This document shows, piece by piece, positions 41,816 through 53,242 of a stretch of 64,000 nt of DNA. The translations under genes and the position numbers were made by a program. The notes below the pieces were generated by a model. That model ran no database searches. It had not been told where the DNA came from and saw only the letters and a list, made by a program, of their open reading frames with translations. Position 1 is the first letter of the stretch; every line of letters starts with the position of its first letter. Origin of the DNA: an uncultured Chitinophagales bacterium (lineage in GTDB: Bacteria > Bacteroidota > Ignavibacteria > UBA10030 > UBA6906); the NCBI GenBank assembly GCA_964444145.1, contig CAYUFU010000002.1:38722-102721 (forward strand). The letters are read 5' to 3'.

Positions 41816-44278
41816 ATGAACATTTTCTCTCGCTATTTCAATTGGCTGCAAAAAGGAAACCCAACGGGTCTCGTTGACCGCTTTCCCGAGATTGACGAGA
41901 AGGGGGAAACGTCCGTTAAGGGTATTTACGTCATCGGCGACTTGACGGGAATTCCACTCCTGAAACTTGCGGCAGAGAGCGGCAAGAAAATCATTGATAC
42001 CTTTGACGCGGATGCGCAATTTCAATCGCAGCGAAAATCAATGGCCGCTGATTATGATATTGTGATTGTCGGCGGGGGAATTTCTGGAATTTCTGCCGCC
42101 ATCGAGGCGCTGAAGCGAGGGTACAAATTCATTGTGCTCGAATCGGCGCAGAGGTTTTCCACCGTCATCAACTTTCCCAAGGGCAAGCCGATCTACTCCG
42201 AGCCGGCATCGGTGCAGCAGCACGCCGCGCTGAAAATCAATGACGGCACAAAAGAAAGCCTGCTCTGTGATTTAGAGAAGCAAATCGCAAACCTCCAGCT
42301 TCCGGTGAGCGAAGGGGAGATGGTTGACGTCATCAAGAAAACAGGAGACGTTTTTGAAGTTGTATCGAAGAAGGGAACGTACAGGGCGTATCGCGTCATA
42401 CTTGCGATCGGCAAATCGGGGAACGCGAGAATGTTGGGCGTGAAAGGAGAACACCTTCCGAAGGTGTTCAATCGTCTGTTCGATCCCAACGATCACCACA
42501 ACGAGGAAGTGCTTGTTGTCGGCGGCGGCGATTCGGCAATCGAAACGGCGAACGCAATCGCAGACGTCGGCAATCACGTAACGATTTCCTATCGCAAGGC
42601 GGAGTTTGCACGACCGAAAGAAGGCAACGTCGAAAAGCTGAACGCACTCGTTGCCGCCGGCAAGATTTCGTTGCTGATGGAATCGCAAGTGCAGGAGATT
42701 CGCGAGAAGGAGGTCGTGCTCAAGACGACAAACGGCGCTAGGACAATCAAGAATGACGCCGTCTATGCAATGATTGGACGCGAGCTGCCTCTCGACTTCT
42801 TCCGCCGCAGCGGGATCAAACTCAGCGGCGAGCTAACGACAGAAAGCAAACTCTGGATTGCGCTTGCGCTCCTCTTTTCCGGCGTCATCTATTTCGGCAA
42901 GAGCGCCGACCTACAACTGCTGACGGGGGGAGTAAAATTCCAATCGTATGGAGAAATAGTTTCCTTTCTCTTCAGCGGCGAGTTCTGGTCGAACTTCTTC
43001 GCGCTTCCCGCGACGATTGTTCAGACATCGAAGGATTGGTCAGCGCTGCTAAAAACTGCCATCGCCTATCTCTCGTTCATCGGAACAATTGTGTTGAGCA
43101 TTTGGGCGCTGACTATTGTTGTGAAGCGGGCATCATCGCTGTTCGCAACCTCCTGGAATGTGTTCAAGTATTCCTACTTCGCTGCTGCGATGATGCTCTT
43201 CTGCGTGGCGTTCTTCGGCAGCAAGTATTTCGATTACAACATGCTCGGCAAGCAGCCCAGCTTTTGGTATTCGTTCCTCTACACCACGACGATCGTTGCG
43301 TTCGGGTTGCGCCGCATGTACGTGAAACCGACGCGCTACATCAAACTGCAAACCTGGTCGCTGATGTTGATTCAGGCGATTCCGCTCTTTCTGCTGCCTG
43401 AAATTATTTTCCCCGCGCTGCACAAAGCGAACCTAATGCACCCATGGTTGATTGAGAATGTGTTCCCGCCATACTCCGCCGGTGGCGAGCCGACGTTCTG
43501 GCGCGCGTACGGATTGATTCTCGCGTGGCCCCTGTTCATCTCCAATCTCGTCTATGGTCAGCCGACAACGGCGTGGCTCGTGCTCTCGCTCGTGCAAACG
43601 TTCGTCATCATTCCGTGGATCGTAGTCAAGTGGGGGAAAGGCGCATACTGCGGATGGATTTGTTCCTGCGGCGCAATGGCGGAAACGCTTGGCGACGAGT
43701 ACAGAAAAACCGCGCTGCACGGACCGAAGCCGAAGAAGTGGGAGAACATGGGACAGATTGTGTTGTTCTCAGTTTTCATCGTCACTGCTGCCGCGTTGCT
43801 TACGTCGTACTTCGACAAAGAACTCTCGTGGCTCAACTTCTCCACGTTCAACGCGCAGGCGGTGAAAGTCTACTCGATTATCGTTGATATTATTTTTGCA
43901 GGCGTGCTCGGCGTTGGGGTCTATTTCTTTTTCAGCGGCCGCGTCTGGTGCCGCTTCCTGTGCCCGCTCGCGGCGCTGATGCAGATCTATGCGCGCTTCA
44001 CCCGCTACAGAATTTTTGCCGACAAGAAGAAGTGCATCTCGTGCAACATCTGCACGAGCGTGTGCCACATGGGGATTGACGTGATGAGCTTTGCGAACAA
44101 AGGCATCCCGATGAACGACGTGGAATGCGTTCGCTGTTCAGCCTGCGTCGTGAATTGCCCGATGGAAGTGTTGAGCTTTGGCGAGCTGCCGAAGAGCGAT
44201 CCCAACAACAAATCGTATCAGAATCTCAACCTGAAAGAGCACATGCTGACGAAAGAAGATTGGCGGAGCGGGCTGTAG
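41816..44278 (+). CDS. Fusion of an FAD/NAD(P)-dependent pyridine-nucleotide-disulfide-type oxidoreductase with a NapH/MauN-like polytopic membrane domain and two C-terminal [4Fe-4S] motifs
   Basis: DYDIVIVGGGISGISAAIEA and EVLVVGGGDSAIETANAI (two Rossmann sites). Then ~8 TM helices containing CGWICSCGAMAE (NapH-family CxxxCxxG signature). Then CISCNICTSVCHMG and CVRCSACVVNCP. The flavoprotein part is paralogous to 19702-22047 (shared R/N-F-P-K-G-G/K block). Confidence 0.75.
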   Translation: MNIFSRYFNWLQKGNPTGLVDRFPEIDEKGETSVKGIYVIGDLTGIPLLKLAAESGKKIIDTFDADAQFQSQRKSMAADYDIVIVGGGISGISAAIEALKRGYKFIVLESAQRFSTVINFPKGKPIYSEPASVQQHAALKINDGTKESLLCDLEKQIANLQLPVSEGEMVDVIKKTGDVFEVVSKKGTYRAYRVILAIGKSGNARMLGVKGEHLPKVFNRLFDPNDHHNEEVLVVGGGDSAIETANAIADVGNHVTISYRKAEFARPKEGNVEKLNALVAAGKISLLMESQVQEIREKEVVLKTTNGARTIKNDAVYAMIGRELPLDFFRRSGIKLSGELTTESKLWIALALLFSGVIYFGKSADLQLLTGGVKFQSYGEIVSFLFSGEFWSNFFALPATIVQTSKDWSALLKTAIAYLSFIGTIVLSIWALTIVVKRASSLFATSWNVFKYSYFAAAMMLFCVAFFGSKYFDYNMLGKQPSFWYSFLYTTTIVAFGLRRMYVKPTRYIKLQTWSLMLIQAIPLFLLPEIIFPALHKANLMHPWLIENVFPPYSAGGEPTFWRAYGLILAWPLFISNLVYGQPTTAWLVLSLVQTFVIIPWIVVKWGKGAYCGWICSCGAMAETLGDEYRKTALHGPKPKKWENMGQIVLFSVFIVTAAALLTSYFDKELSWLNFSTFNAQAVKVYSIIVDIIFAGVLGVGVYFFFSGRVWCRFLCPLAALMQIYARFTRYRIFADKKKCISCNICTSVCHMGIDVMSFANKGIPMNDVECVRCSACVVNCPMEVLSFGELPKSDPNNKSYQNLNLKEHMLTKEDWRSGL

Positions 44279-44285
44279 CTGTAGC

Positions 44286-44312
44286 GCGACTCTCTGAGTC
44301 GCCTTTGTTTTT
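44286..44312 (+). terminator. Rho-independent terminator (GCGACTC-TCT-GAGTCGC + CTTTGTTTTT)
   Basis: Perfect 7-bp GC-rich stem followed by a T-run, 8 bp after the stop at 44278. Confidence 0.6.
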
Positions 44313-44490
44313 CGGAGTGATGGATGAATGGAGTGATGATTTGCGTTCAGTCTACGCGTCGGGTTTGTCGTCGTCTAAGACTATATATGACGACTCTGTT
44401 GTCAAGATGAAATTGGCAAAACAAAGAAGGGATTTGCAGCGCGTAGGGAGAGGGCGGGCAAACGACGTCTCTAACGATTGTCAAGTCGCC

Positions 44491-45582
44491 TCAAAATGCC
44501 TCCTCAATCGTGAAATACACACCCGAAGAACTCTTCGACGCGAACGCGACATCGAGGCGAATGTTGACTTTGTCTTGCGGAGAAATCGAATAGCGCAGCC
44601 CAGCGCCCACGGAATATTTCATCTCGGACACTCGGAATGCGCTTGCGGCTGAAGCAACGTCGCCCGTTCCGACGAAACCTGCCAACCCGAAACGCGCCAC
44701 GAGAGGGAAACGATATTCACCCTGAAGTTCAATCATGTGCTGATCGCGAAAGCGACCCTCGTACAGCCCACGCATTCTGTACGAGCCGCCGAGCGCCGCG
44801 AGCCTCTGAAAGGGCGGAGCGCCTGACGAAAACCTTCCGTATGCTTGGACTGCAATCACCTGCGCATCGGCTACGGCAAGAAAGCCTCTGGCATCAATCG
44901 TGTACGCGCCGAACTCAAAGTCGCTGCCGAGCGTTCGCGGATAGAGCGTTGCCGTCCCTTCGATGAACGCGCCCGAAGACGACGAGAAGACATTATCGCG
45001 AGAATCGAACGTCGCAACGACGCCGTAGCCGACGATCGAACCGCCAAATGTTCCATTGATGTTCTGCGTTGCAAGTATCCCGCCCGCCTTGGTCTCTCTC
45101 AAGCGCTGATGTTCATAATCGAGAAGGATGCCCGCTCGCGCCCGCTCGACGAGGGTTCGTTGCATCTTGAGTATCGCTCGGATGCGGTCTGCGCTGTACT
45201 CTTCTTCTGCGATGTTCGGGGTCGCGTTCCCAATGCCGTAAAACTTGTCGGCGAACTGAGCGAACGAAAGCTCGGCAGAAACTTTCCAGCGTGCGTTGTC
45301 GAAATACAAATCAGGGGAGAGTTGAACGAGGAATTGCTTGCGCGTGGTGTAGGCGAGCGTTGCGCGTGCAGCGGAAGGCGGAATCGAATCGGGCGCATGC
45401 TCGCTGCGAAAATAGTACGCGCCGAAGACGCCGAGCGCGAGTTTTGTTTCAGGTGAATACGAAACGATAGGGAGAAGGACGAGGTTGTCTCGGGACTTCG
45501 TCGTCGAATCAATCTCTGCTGCTTGGGCAAACGAGACTAATGCTGTCAGCAGAAAAAGTGAGACGCGGCAGGGGCAAAACAC
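44491..45582 (-). CDS. Omp85/bacterial-surface-antigen (D15) family outer-membrane beta-barrel (barrel only, no POTRA)
   Basis: Signal peptide ...VSLFLLTALVSFAQA. Barrel strands throughout. C-terminus GVYFTIEEAF (terminal Phe). Start is uncertain (non-ATG); the ORF-track N-terminal 55 aa are Arg-rich and rejected. Confidence 0.6.
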   Translation of the reverse strand: MFCPCRVSLFLLTALVSFAQAAEIDSTTKSRDNLVLLPIVSYSPETKLALGVFGAYYFRSEHAPDSIPPSAARATLAYTTRKQFLVQLSPDLYFDNARWKVSAELSFAQFADKFYGIGNATPNIAEEEYSADRIRAILKMQRTLVERARAGILLDYEHQRLRETKAGGILATQNINGTFGGSIVGYGVVATFDSRDNVFSSSSGAFIEGTATLYPRTLGSDFEFGAYTIDARGFLAVADAQVIAVQAYGRFSSGAPPFQRLAALGGSYRMRGLYEGRFRDQHMIELQGEYRFPLVARFGLAGFVGTGDVASAASAFRVSEMKYSVGAGLRYSISPQDKVNIRLDVAFASKSSSGVYFTIEEAF

Positions 45583-45662
45583 CGCCTTTGTCAAACGAGT
45601 CTCCCGACTCGTCGCTCGACAACGAGAGCGCCGGGACGGGAGTCCCGCGCAACGATGTACCC

Positions 45663-47048
45663 TCATTTGTTTGCCGCGAATTCTGCCAACACGACTTGCC
45701 CTTGATGAGCGCCGTTGCCGTTCGAGCGCTCCGCTTGCAGTTGCTCCCACTTCTCCTTCGCCTGCCTTCTAACAGGGTCGAACTCTCTTTCTTCTCCGTT
45801 CACAACAACTTTGAATTTGCGCGTGATGTACTTGTCGCGGTCGGCGTTGTGCAAGCACATGGACATCGGACCTTCGGACGTCATCGTCATGAACGAGCAG
45901 TTGTCAATTCGTTCCTGCACGAGACACTCGGCGTGCATGAAGTTGTGAATGACGAAACTCAGCTTATTCACTCTGAATCCGCTTCTCAGTAAATCCCCTT
46001 TCATTCGCCATGCGTGAACGCCAATGAAGCGTAGCCCCTTTACCAGCGCCTTGGGTCGTGTCAGCACACGCCACGCTGCCTGCTGCACCGCACGCCTTGG
46101 ATTCCCTCTATCGAGCACGAGTCCGTCAAATTGTTTTGCCATGTAGTTGATGATCGAAGGATCCCACCACAGATCGTATACATGCCCGTTGCAAACAAAT
46201 GAATAACCGATGCGGTTGCAGTCCGGATGGCCGACGTCGAATGCATCGAAGTTGATCTGTGCGCCGAGGGCTTCGTTGATGATGCGGATGATGTTGCGCG
46301 GCTCGATTTCATCGGGACGACCTTTCAGAACTCCACGTCCCGTGTCGGCATGAAGTTGGAAGCTGCACATGCCGACGACGTCGCAATGGTCGCGGAAGAA
46401 TCTCACGAGCATCGGCACTTCGTGAAAGTTCTCTTTGCACAGTGTGGTGTTGAAAACGACCGCAATCCCTAATCCGCGTGCACGTTCAATGTATTCCTTT
46501 CGAACGGCGTTAAGCTCTTCTTCACTTGCGTAGTATGTTTTGTCCGGCTTACGGAGCCGCTGCGTCATATCAACGTGGAAGGCGACATCGGTAAGCCCGA
46601 CGCGAGCAAGTTTCGTGAGCAGCGCGCGCGTCGCCTTGATGCCGTTCGTCAGCAGCGCGGGCTGTAAACCAATGGAGCGGCAATAGCGCACAATCTCGAT
46701 CAACTCCTCCTCGTTGCGCAGCGTCGGATCGCCGCCGCTGATTTGCACATCGGTGCGGGGTCCATAGTTGAGAAGAATCTCGTTCGCACGGCGTTTCACC
46801 TCTTCCATCGGAATATCAAGGGTCTCCTCGCTCATCTCACTCAAGTAGCAGAGCGTGCAGTCGAGATTACAGCGTTGCGTAATCTCGAGGGAGACACAGC
46901 CGATGCCCGTCCGTTGTCCCAACGCCTGATTCTCGGTCCTGAATTGTGGGGAGAGTCGCGCCCACGTTCGGGCTTGTGCTTCCTTTGTCGTGGGGACGCG
47001 TTTACCGTCAATGTGGTCCGGTGAGATCAGTGGCAGGGGTTTGTCCAT
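45663..47048 (-). CDS. Radical SAM domain protein (~460 aa)
   Basis: CNLDCTLCY (CxxxCxxC) 60 aa from the start at ATG 47048, then SGGDPTL. Subfamily not assignable. Confidence 0.75.
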   Translation of the reverse strand: MDKPLPLISPDHIDGKRVPTTKEAQARTWARLSPQFRTENQALGQRTGIGCVSLEITQRCNLDCTLCYLSEMSEETLDIPMEEVKRRANEILLNYGPRTDVQISGGDPTLRNEEELIEIVRYCRSIGLQPALLTNGIKATRALLTKLARVGLTDVAFHVDMTQRLRKPDKTYYASEEELNAVRKEYIERARGLGIAVVFNTTLCKENFHEVPMLVRFFRDHCDVVGMCSFQLHADTGRGVLKGRPDEIEPRNIIRIINEALGAQINFDAFDVGHPDCNRIGYSFVCNGHVYDLWWDPSIINYMAKQFDGLVLDRGNPRRAVQQAAWRVLTRPKALVKGLRFIGVHAWRMKGDLLRSGFRVNKLSFVIHNFMHAECLVQERIDNCSFMTMTSEGPMSMCLHNADRDKYITRKFKVVVNGEEREFDPVRRQAKEKWEQLQAERSNGNGAHQGQVVLAEFAANK

Positions 47049-47227
47049 GAATGTGCCTCGTTGAAAAAAGAACAGTTGTGGAACGCATTGTACAGACTCT
47101 GTCACGGTACGTTGAGAACGTTACGGATCCCTCGCCCTTCCGCTCATGCCCACCCACCAAGAGGCGTCACTGCCCGACTCCGGTGAGAGAAGAAGAACTC
47201 CACTCTCAGAAGGGGCAACGGTGTGCG

Positions 47228-47986
47228 TTACCGATAGTACAGTCGCGCCAGCTCCTTCGGATGCGCGCCCATTTTGTACTTCAGTTGCAAATATAGATTC
47301 CCGCACGTTCGTTTCAAATAGCCATCCGCTTCGAAGCGCCTTGCAGATGTGAACACCGGGATGTCCAACACCTCGAATCCGTCAAGCTTATTCAAGCGTT
47401 GTACAAGTTCCATATCTTCCATGAGCGGATAATCGTCGCGGTAGCCGCCAAGTCGCTCGAACAAATTCCGTTTCAGAAAAATCGCTTGGTCGCCAAAGGG
47501 GAGTTTCCCGTACTTTGCGCGCAGCCGCACATAGCACTCAAGGTAGCGATAGACGAGCCTTCTGTGGTCGACGCGGAATTCGAACGCTCCCGATTGCAGA
47601 GAAGGATCTGCGCGCACCAGTCGCACAAATTGTTGAAGAGACTGTTCCGGCAGAATCGTATCGGCGTGAAGGAAGATGAGCCACTCGCCTTTCGCTTCCG
47701 CCGCGCCTGCGTTCATTTGCTTGGATCGGCTTTTTGCCGAACGCACGAGTCGGACGTTGGCATGATGCAACCGCAGTTCTTCGATGCGTTCGGTCGTTCC
47801 GTCGGTACTTCCACCGTCGGCAAAAATAAGTTCGGCGTTCTGCAAGCCGATGAGCGAGGTGGAGACTCGCTGGACATTTGCTGCCTCATTCAACGTCGGT
47901 ACAACGATAGAGACAAAGGGTTGACGAGACTCCTTCTCCACACCCGTGGGGACGGCAACTTGTTCCGACGAGGGCGCGCCGTGCAT
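47228..47986 (-). CDS. Family-2 glycosyltransferase
   Basis: FVSIVVPTLNEAANV and LIFADGGSTDGT (DxD-type GT-A). The start ATG shares its A with the TAA of the upstream DUF547 gene. Confidence 0.8.
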   Translation of the reverse strand: MHGAPSSEQVAVPTGVEKESRQPFVSIVVPTLNEAANVQRVSTSLIGLQNAELIFADGGSTDGTTERIEELRLHHANVRLVRSAKSRSKQMNAGAAEAKGEWLIFLHADTILPEQSLQQFVRLVRADPSLQSGAFEFRVDHRRLVYRYLECYVRLRAKYGKLPFGDQAIFLKRNLFERLGGYRDDYPLMEDMELVQRLNKLDGFEVLDIPVFTSARRFEADGYLKRTCGNLYLQLKYKMGAHPKELARLYYR

Positions 47987-48786
47987 TATTCGTTCAAACT
48001 CCAGTCGTAGTCGAGATGGTCAATGTCGAGGTCTTTTTCCAGGGCGAGAAGTTTCTCTGCAATATCTTTCGGCACGTAGCGAGCGATAAACTTCACGACC
48101 GTTCCTTTCTGCTTGCCGAATCCGATATCCTTCTTGAAATCTCCTTCGAACCAATTGAAAATGTTCGAGAGACGTAGCTGTTTCTTCTCGAAATCGAATT
48201 GGTTCTTCTTCGTATCCGCAAGGAACTTTCTGAACTGTTCTTCCATCTGTTCGGCGAGCTTGTCTCCGGTGTACGCCTCCGAGCGGAGCGGCGGGCAGCT
48301 CTTCGCCGCGCAGACGATGGATGAGTGAATGCGTGCATCGCGATACTCGCGGATGATGTCGTTCTCGATCTCGTTGAGCGTCATCTTCGTCTTGCCGTTC
48401 ATCGTCACGAGGTCTTTGTCCCAAATCGTTGATTTGAAAATCGTCCCGATGACGAGGTCGGCGCCCAAATCCTTGATGCTTTTCAGCGGATAGTTGTCAA
48501 CCACGACCTTGAGCGTCCATGCGTTGTACGCGTTGATCCAGAACGCGAGCCGCTCGCTCGGTGCGATGGAGGCAGTGTCAATATTCTTGATGTACTCGAT
48601 GTATTGCTTGAGGCGGTCGTCGGCTTTCATCGCTTTGTAATTGACGACGCCGTTTTTGACATAGTCTTTCAGAATTGCATCGAGAAGAGAATGGTCGGGT
48701 TTGAATGTGCCCGCAGCGAAGCAAGTGGAGAGAGCAACGGCAATGGCTGCGTACGAAAGCGCAATGGCATGAAGTGGGGATTTCAT
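47986..48786 (-). CDS. Secreted DUF547-family protein
   Basis: Signal peptide MKSPLHAIALSYAAIAVALSTCFA. LAFWINAYNAWTL and ...DYDWSLNE* are the DUF547 hallmarks. Confidence 0.75.
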   Translation of the reverse strand: MKSPLHAIALSYAAIAVALSTCFAAGTFKPDHSLLDAILKDYVKNGVVNYKAMKADDRLKQYIEYIKNIDTASIAPSERLAFWINAYNAWTLKVVVDNYPLKSIKDLGADLVIGTIFKSTIWDKDLVTMNGKTKMTLNEIENDIIREYRDARIHSSIVCAAKSCPPLRSEAYTGDKLAEQMEEQFRKFLADTKKNQFDFEKKQLRLSNIFNWFEGDFKKDIGFGKQKGTVVKFIARYVPKDIAEKLLALEKDLDIDHLDYDWSLNE

Positions 48787-48870
48787 AGAACGGATCCTTT
48801 CGGGGTATGATACAGATTTTGACGGTAAAAGAAAACAACGAGTTGGTATGAATACGAAACGATGCAGCCT

Positions 48871-49629
48871 TCAGATTGGCTTCTGGAGTTCTTTGAGAAT
48901 TTTGCGCAGTGCTATTTTCGTTCCTTCAGGAAAATCGCTTTCCAGCATCCATCGTATGTACTCAGGGTCGTCTTTCACGGGTTTGCCTTTGTTCTTTCCG
49001 AAGTTGAAGACGACTTCATTGTTTTCATTGAGCGCAAGTTTGCGGGTGTAGTCAACGACCTCGCCTCGGCTGCAAAAGTCGTGCAGCTCTGCCGTTGTCG
49101 TGCCGATGTCTTTGTAGCGAGCGAGCTGTGCCTTGAACACCTCGAGCGTAGCGCGTACGTCGGCTTCCGCGTCGTGCGCATCTTCATGCGGCTTGTTGCA
49201 ATAGAATTTCATCGCAGCGGAAAGCGTACGCTCTTCTTTTTTCTTGAAGATCGTGCAGACGTCAATCAGTTTGGTGTCGGGTGATGGAAACTCGATAGCG
49301 CAGCGCGCAAACTCTTCAACAAGAAAGGGGATATCGAAGCTGTTCGAATTGTACCCTGCGATGTCGCAGTCGGCAAAGAACTCGTTCAACGATTTTGCAA
49401 TGTCACTGAAGCGCGGTTTATCCCTCACGTCGTCATCGTAGATGCCATGGACTTGCGACGCCTCTTTCGGAATCGGAATGCCGGGGTTGATGAGCCGTGT
49501 TCGCACGTCTTCGGTCAGATCCGTAAAGAGTTTGAGAACGGAAATCTGCACGACGCGGTCTTGAACAAAATCCGTTCCCGTCGTTTCGAGGTCGAAGAAA
49601 ACAATCGGGCGGGTGAAGAGGAGGTTCAT
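48871..49629 (-). CDS. DnaQ-like 3'-5' exonuclease (DEDDh, Pol III epsilon-like)
   Basis: Start at ATG 49629: MNLLFTRPIVFFDLETTGTD (Exo I), then AGYNSNSFDIPFL (Exo II), then HDAHDAEADV (Exo III). ORF-track upstream extension rejected. Confidence 0.8.
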   Translation of the reverse strand: MNLLFTRPIVFFDLETTGTDFVQDRVVQISVLKLFTDLTEDVRTRLINPGIPIPKEASQVHGIYDDDVRDKPRFSDIAKSLNEFFADCDIAGYNSNSFDIPFLVEEFARCAIEFPSPDTKLIDVCTIFKKKEERTLSAAMKFYCNKPHEDAHDAEADVRATLEVFKAQLARYKDIGTTTAELHDFCSRGEVVDYTRKLALNENNEVVFNFGKNKGKPVKDDPEYIRWMLESDFPEGTKIALRKILKELQKPI

Positions 49630-49911
49630 GTACGAGATACGATATGTTCCTGAATCCCTTCGGTGAGGTCTGCGCGCTCCATTTCGGTTGTTGCACGTAT
49701 CAAGATGATGCGCTGTTCTTCGTTCAGGTTTGTAATCAAGTTGAAAAGAACGCAACCCATAACGGCGTGACGTACACACGTGTTTCCGCAGGACAATGTG
49801 TTCACTTGACGTGCCTCGTTGTTTGCTCGAGTAAAAGGTAGAGATTTGATGAGCGAAGAGCAAGATGAACACGTCACGCGTTGAGAAATGCAATCCACCG
49901 TCGTCCACTAA

Positions 49912-51711
<1,800 letters not shown>

Positions 51712-51755
51712 CCGGCGCGGGGTGAACGTACACGAGGCTGTATTCATCTAATCGT

Positions 51756-51788
51756 CCACTGAGTGGATGATTATCATCCACTCAGGTG
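51756..51788. repeat. ~33-bp palindrome CCACTGAGTGGATGATTATCATCCACTCAGGTG, 10 bp beyond the 3' end of the AAA ATPase gene
   Basis: Core GGATGA-TTA-TCATCC is a perfect palindrome, extended by CCACTGAGT/(A)CTCAGGTG. A related copy lies at 53076-53107. Confidence 0.6.
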
Positions 51789-51798
51789 TGACACTTGT

Positions 51799-53040
51799 CT
51801 ACGGCTGCAACGTCCACAATGCGTGCAGCGGCATCGCGTGCATGTTCGATGCAAAGGGGATAACCCGGTTCCCTCCATGCAACACAATCCCGCGTACGAA
51901 TCGCTTGCCAACACTCTCCGCAAACATGTTCAGAGATGCGAAGGTCGAGCCGTTTACCGTCGAGCTCAGTTTGACTTCAACGGCAACGAGCGAGCCGTTT
52001 GAATGCTCGAGCACAAAATCAATCTCGCTTCCTGTCTGTGAACGGAAGAAAAAGAGTTGGGCAGTTCCTTTGCTGACCGTAAGTTGTTTGAGTAACTCTG
52101 TCGCGACAAACACCTCGACGAGATGACCAAGCAAGGTGCTGTCGTCTGCGAGCTGCTGATTGTTCACATTGAGCAGATGTGCCGCCAATCCCGAGTCCAT
52201 CAAATACACCTTTGGCGTTTTGATGAGCCGCTTCCCGATGTTGCCATACCACGGTGGGAGAAGATGCACAAGATATGTTGTTTGCAACAAGGTCATATAC
52301 CGTTTGAGCGACGTCTGCGGAATGCCGACACTCGCAGAAAGGTCTGCAAAGTTAAGAAGCCCGCCTGCGCGTGATGCGAGCAATGCGAGGAGTCGCGGCA
52401 TTGCCGTGAGCCCCTCGATGTTTGCCAACTCGCGTACATCGCGTTGGAGCATGGTGGTGACGTACGATCTGAACCATGCTGGTCGCCTGTCACGTGCAAT
52501 GTCCGTTACAACCTCGGGAAATCCGCCTGTGAGAATTTTCTCGATGAGCTGTTTTCGTGTAAGCGCGCTGTGGTCGGCTAGCCTGAGGTTGCGGGAGAAG
52601 ACCGCGTCAATAAAGGTCGAGTCGCTCTTCTCAATCTCGCGCTGTGAAAGTGGCAAGAGCGAAAGAACTTCCATGCGTCCGACAAGTGCATCGGCAAGAC
52701 GGGGCACGAGCAAGATATTCGCAGAGCCTGTCAACAAAAATCTTCCCGCAGTCCGCTTTCGATCCACAGCGGATTTGATTGCAAGAAAAACCTCCGGCGC
52801 GCGTTGCACCTCGTCAATGGCGACGTTGCCCTCCAACCCATCAATGAATCCATCGGGGTTGGCTTTAGCAAGGGATTGAACTGCCGCGTCATCAAACGTG
52901 ATGTAGCGTCTGGGATGACGTTGCGATGCCAGCCATTGAACGAGCGTGCTCTTGCCGCTTTGCCGCGGTCCGTTCAACAGAACGACGGGTCGGTCCTTGA
53001 GCGCACGAAGCACGAACGATGCAAGATGTCGGGGGATCAT
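51799..53040 (-). CDS. AAA+ ATPase with C-terminal DUF4143-type domain
   Basis: Start at ATG 53040: MIPRHLASFVLRALKDRPVVLLNGPRQSGKSTLVQ (Walker A). The rest shows the conserved layout of the ATPase-DUF4143 family. Confidence 0.75.
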   Translation of the reverse strand: MIPRHLASFVLRALKDRPVVLLNGPRQSGKSTLVQWLASQRHPRRYITFDDAAVQSLAKANPDGFIDGLEGNVAIDEVQRAPEVFLAIKSAVDRKRTAGRFLLTGSANILLVPRLADALVGRMEVLSLLPLSQREIEKSDSTFIDAVFSRNLRLADHSALTRKQLIEKILTGGFPEVVTDIARDRRPAWFRSYVTTMLQRDVRELANIEGLTAMPRLLALLASRAGGLLNFADLSASVGIPQTSLKRYMTLLQTTYLVHLLPPWYGNIGKRLIKTPKVYLMDSGLAAHLLNVNNQQLADDSTLLGHLVEVFVATELLKQLTVSKGTAQLFFFRSQTGSEIDFVLEHSNGSLVAVEVKLSSTVNGSTFASLNMFAESVGKRFVRGIVLHGGNRVIPFASNMHAMPLHALWTLQP

Positions 53041-53075
53041 GGGAATAGGATACGAAATGAGTGGCTGATAATCAA

Positions 53076-53107
53076 CCACTCAATGGACGATTATCATCCA
53101 CTCAGAA
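53076..53107. repeat. Degenerate second copy of the palindrome (CCACTCAATGGACGATTATCATCCACTCAG) just upstream of the AAA ATPase start
   Basis: Shares GATTATCATCCACTCAG with 51756-51788. A further GAGTGG...CCACTC palindrome lies at 53059-53082. Confidence 0.55.
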
Positions 53108-53242
53108 AGGCGATGCCAAAGAGATAATCTTCTCTCTCCACGAGGTTGAAGGCGCAGGCTGCGTATGCCCATAACTGATTGATTTCTGTACGAGTTATCC
53201 GTACCTTGAGTACACACAATTCCCATGCACGGCACGCGATAC

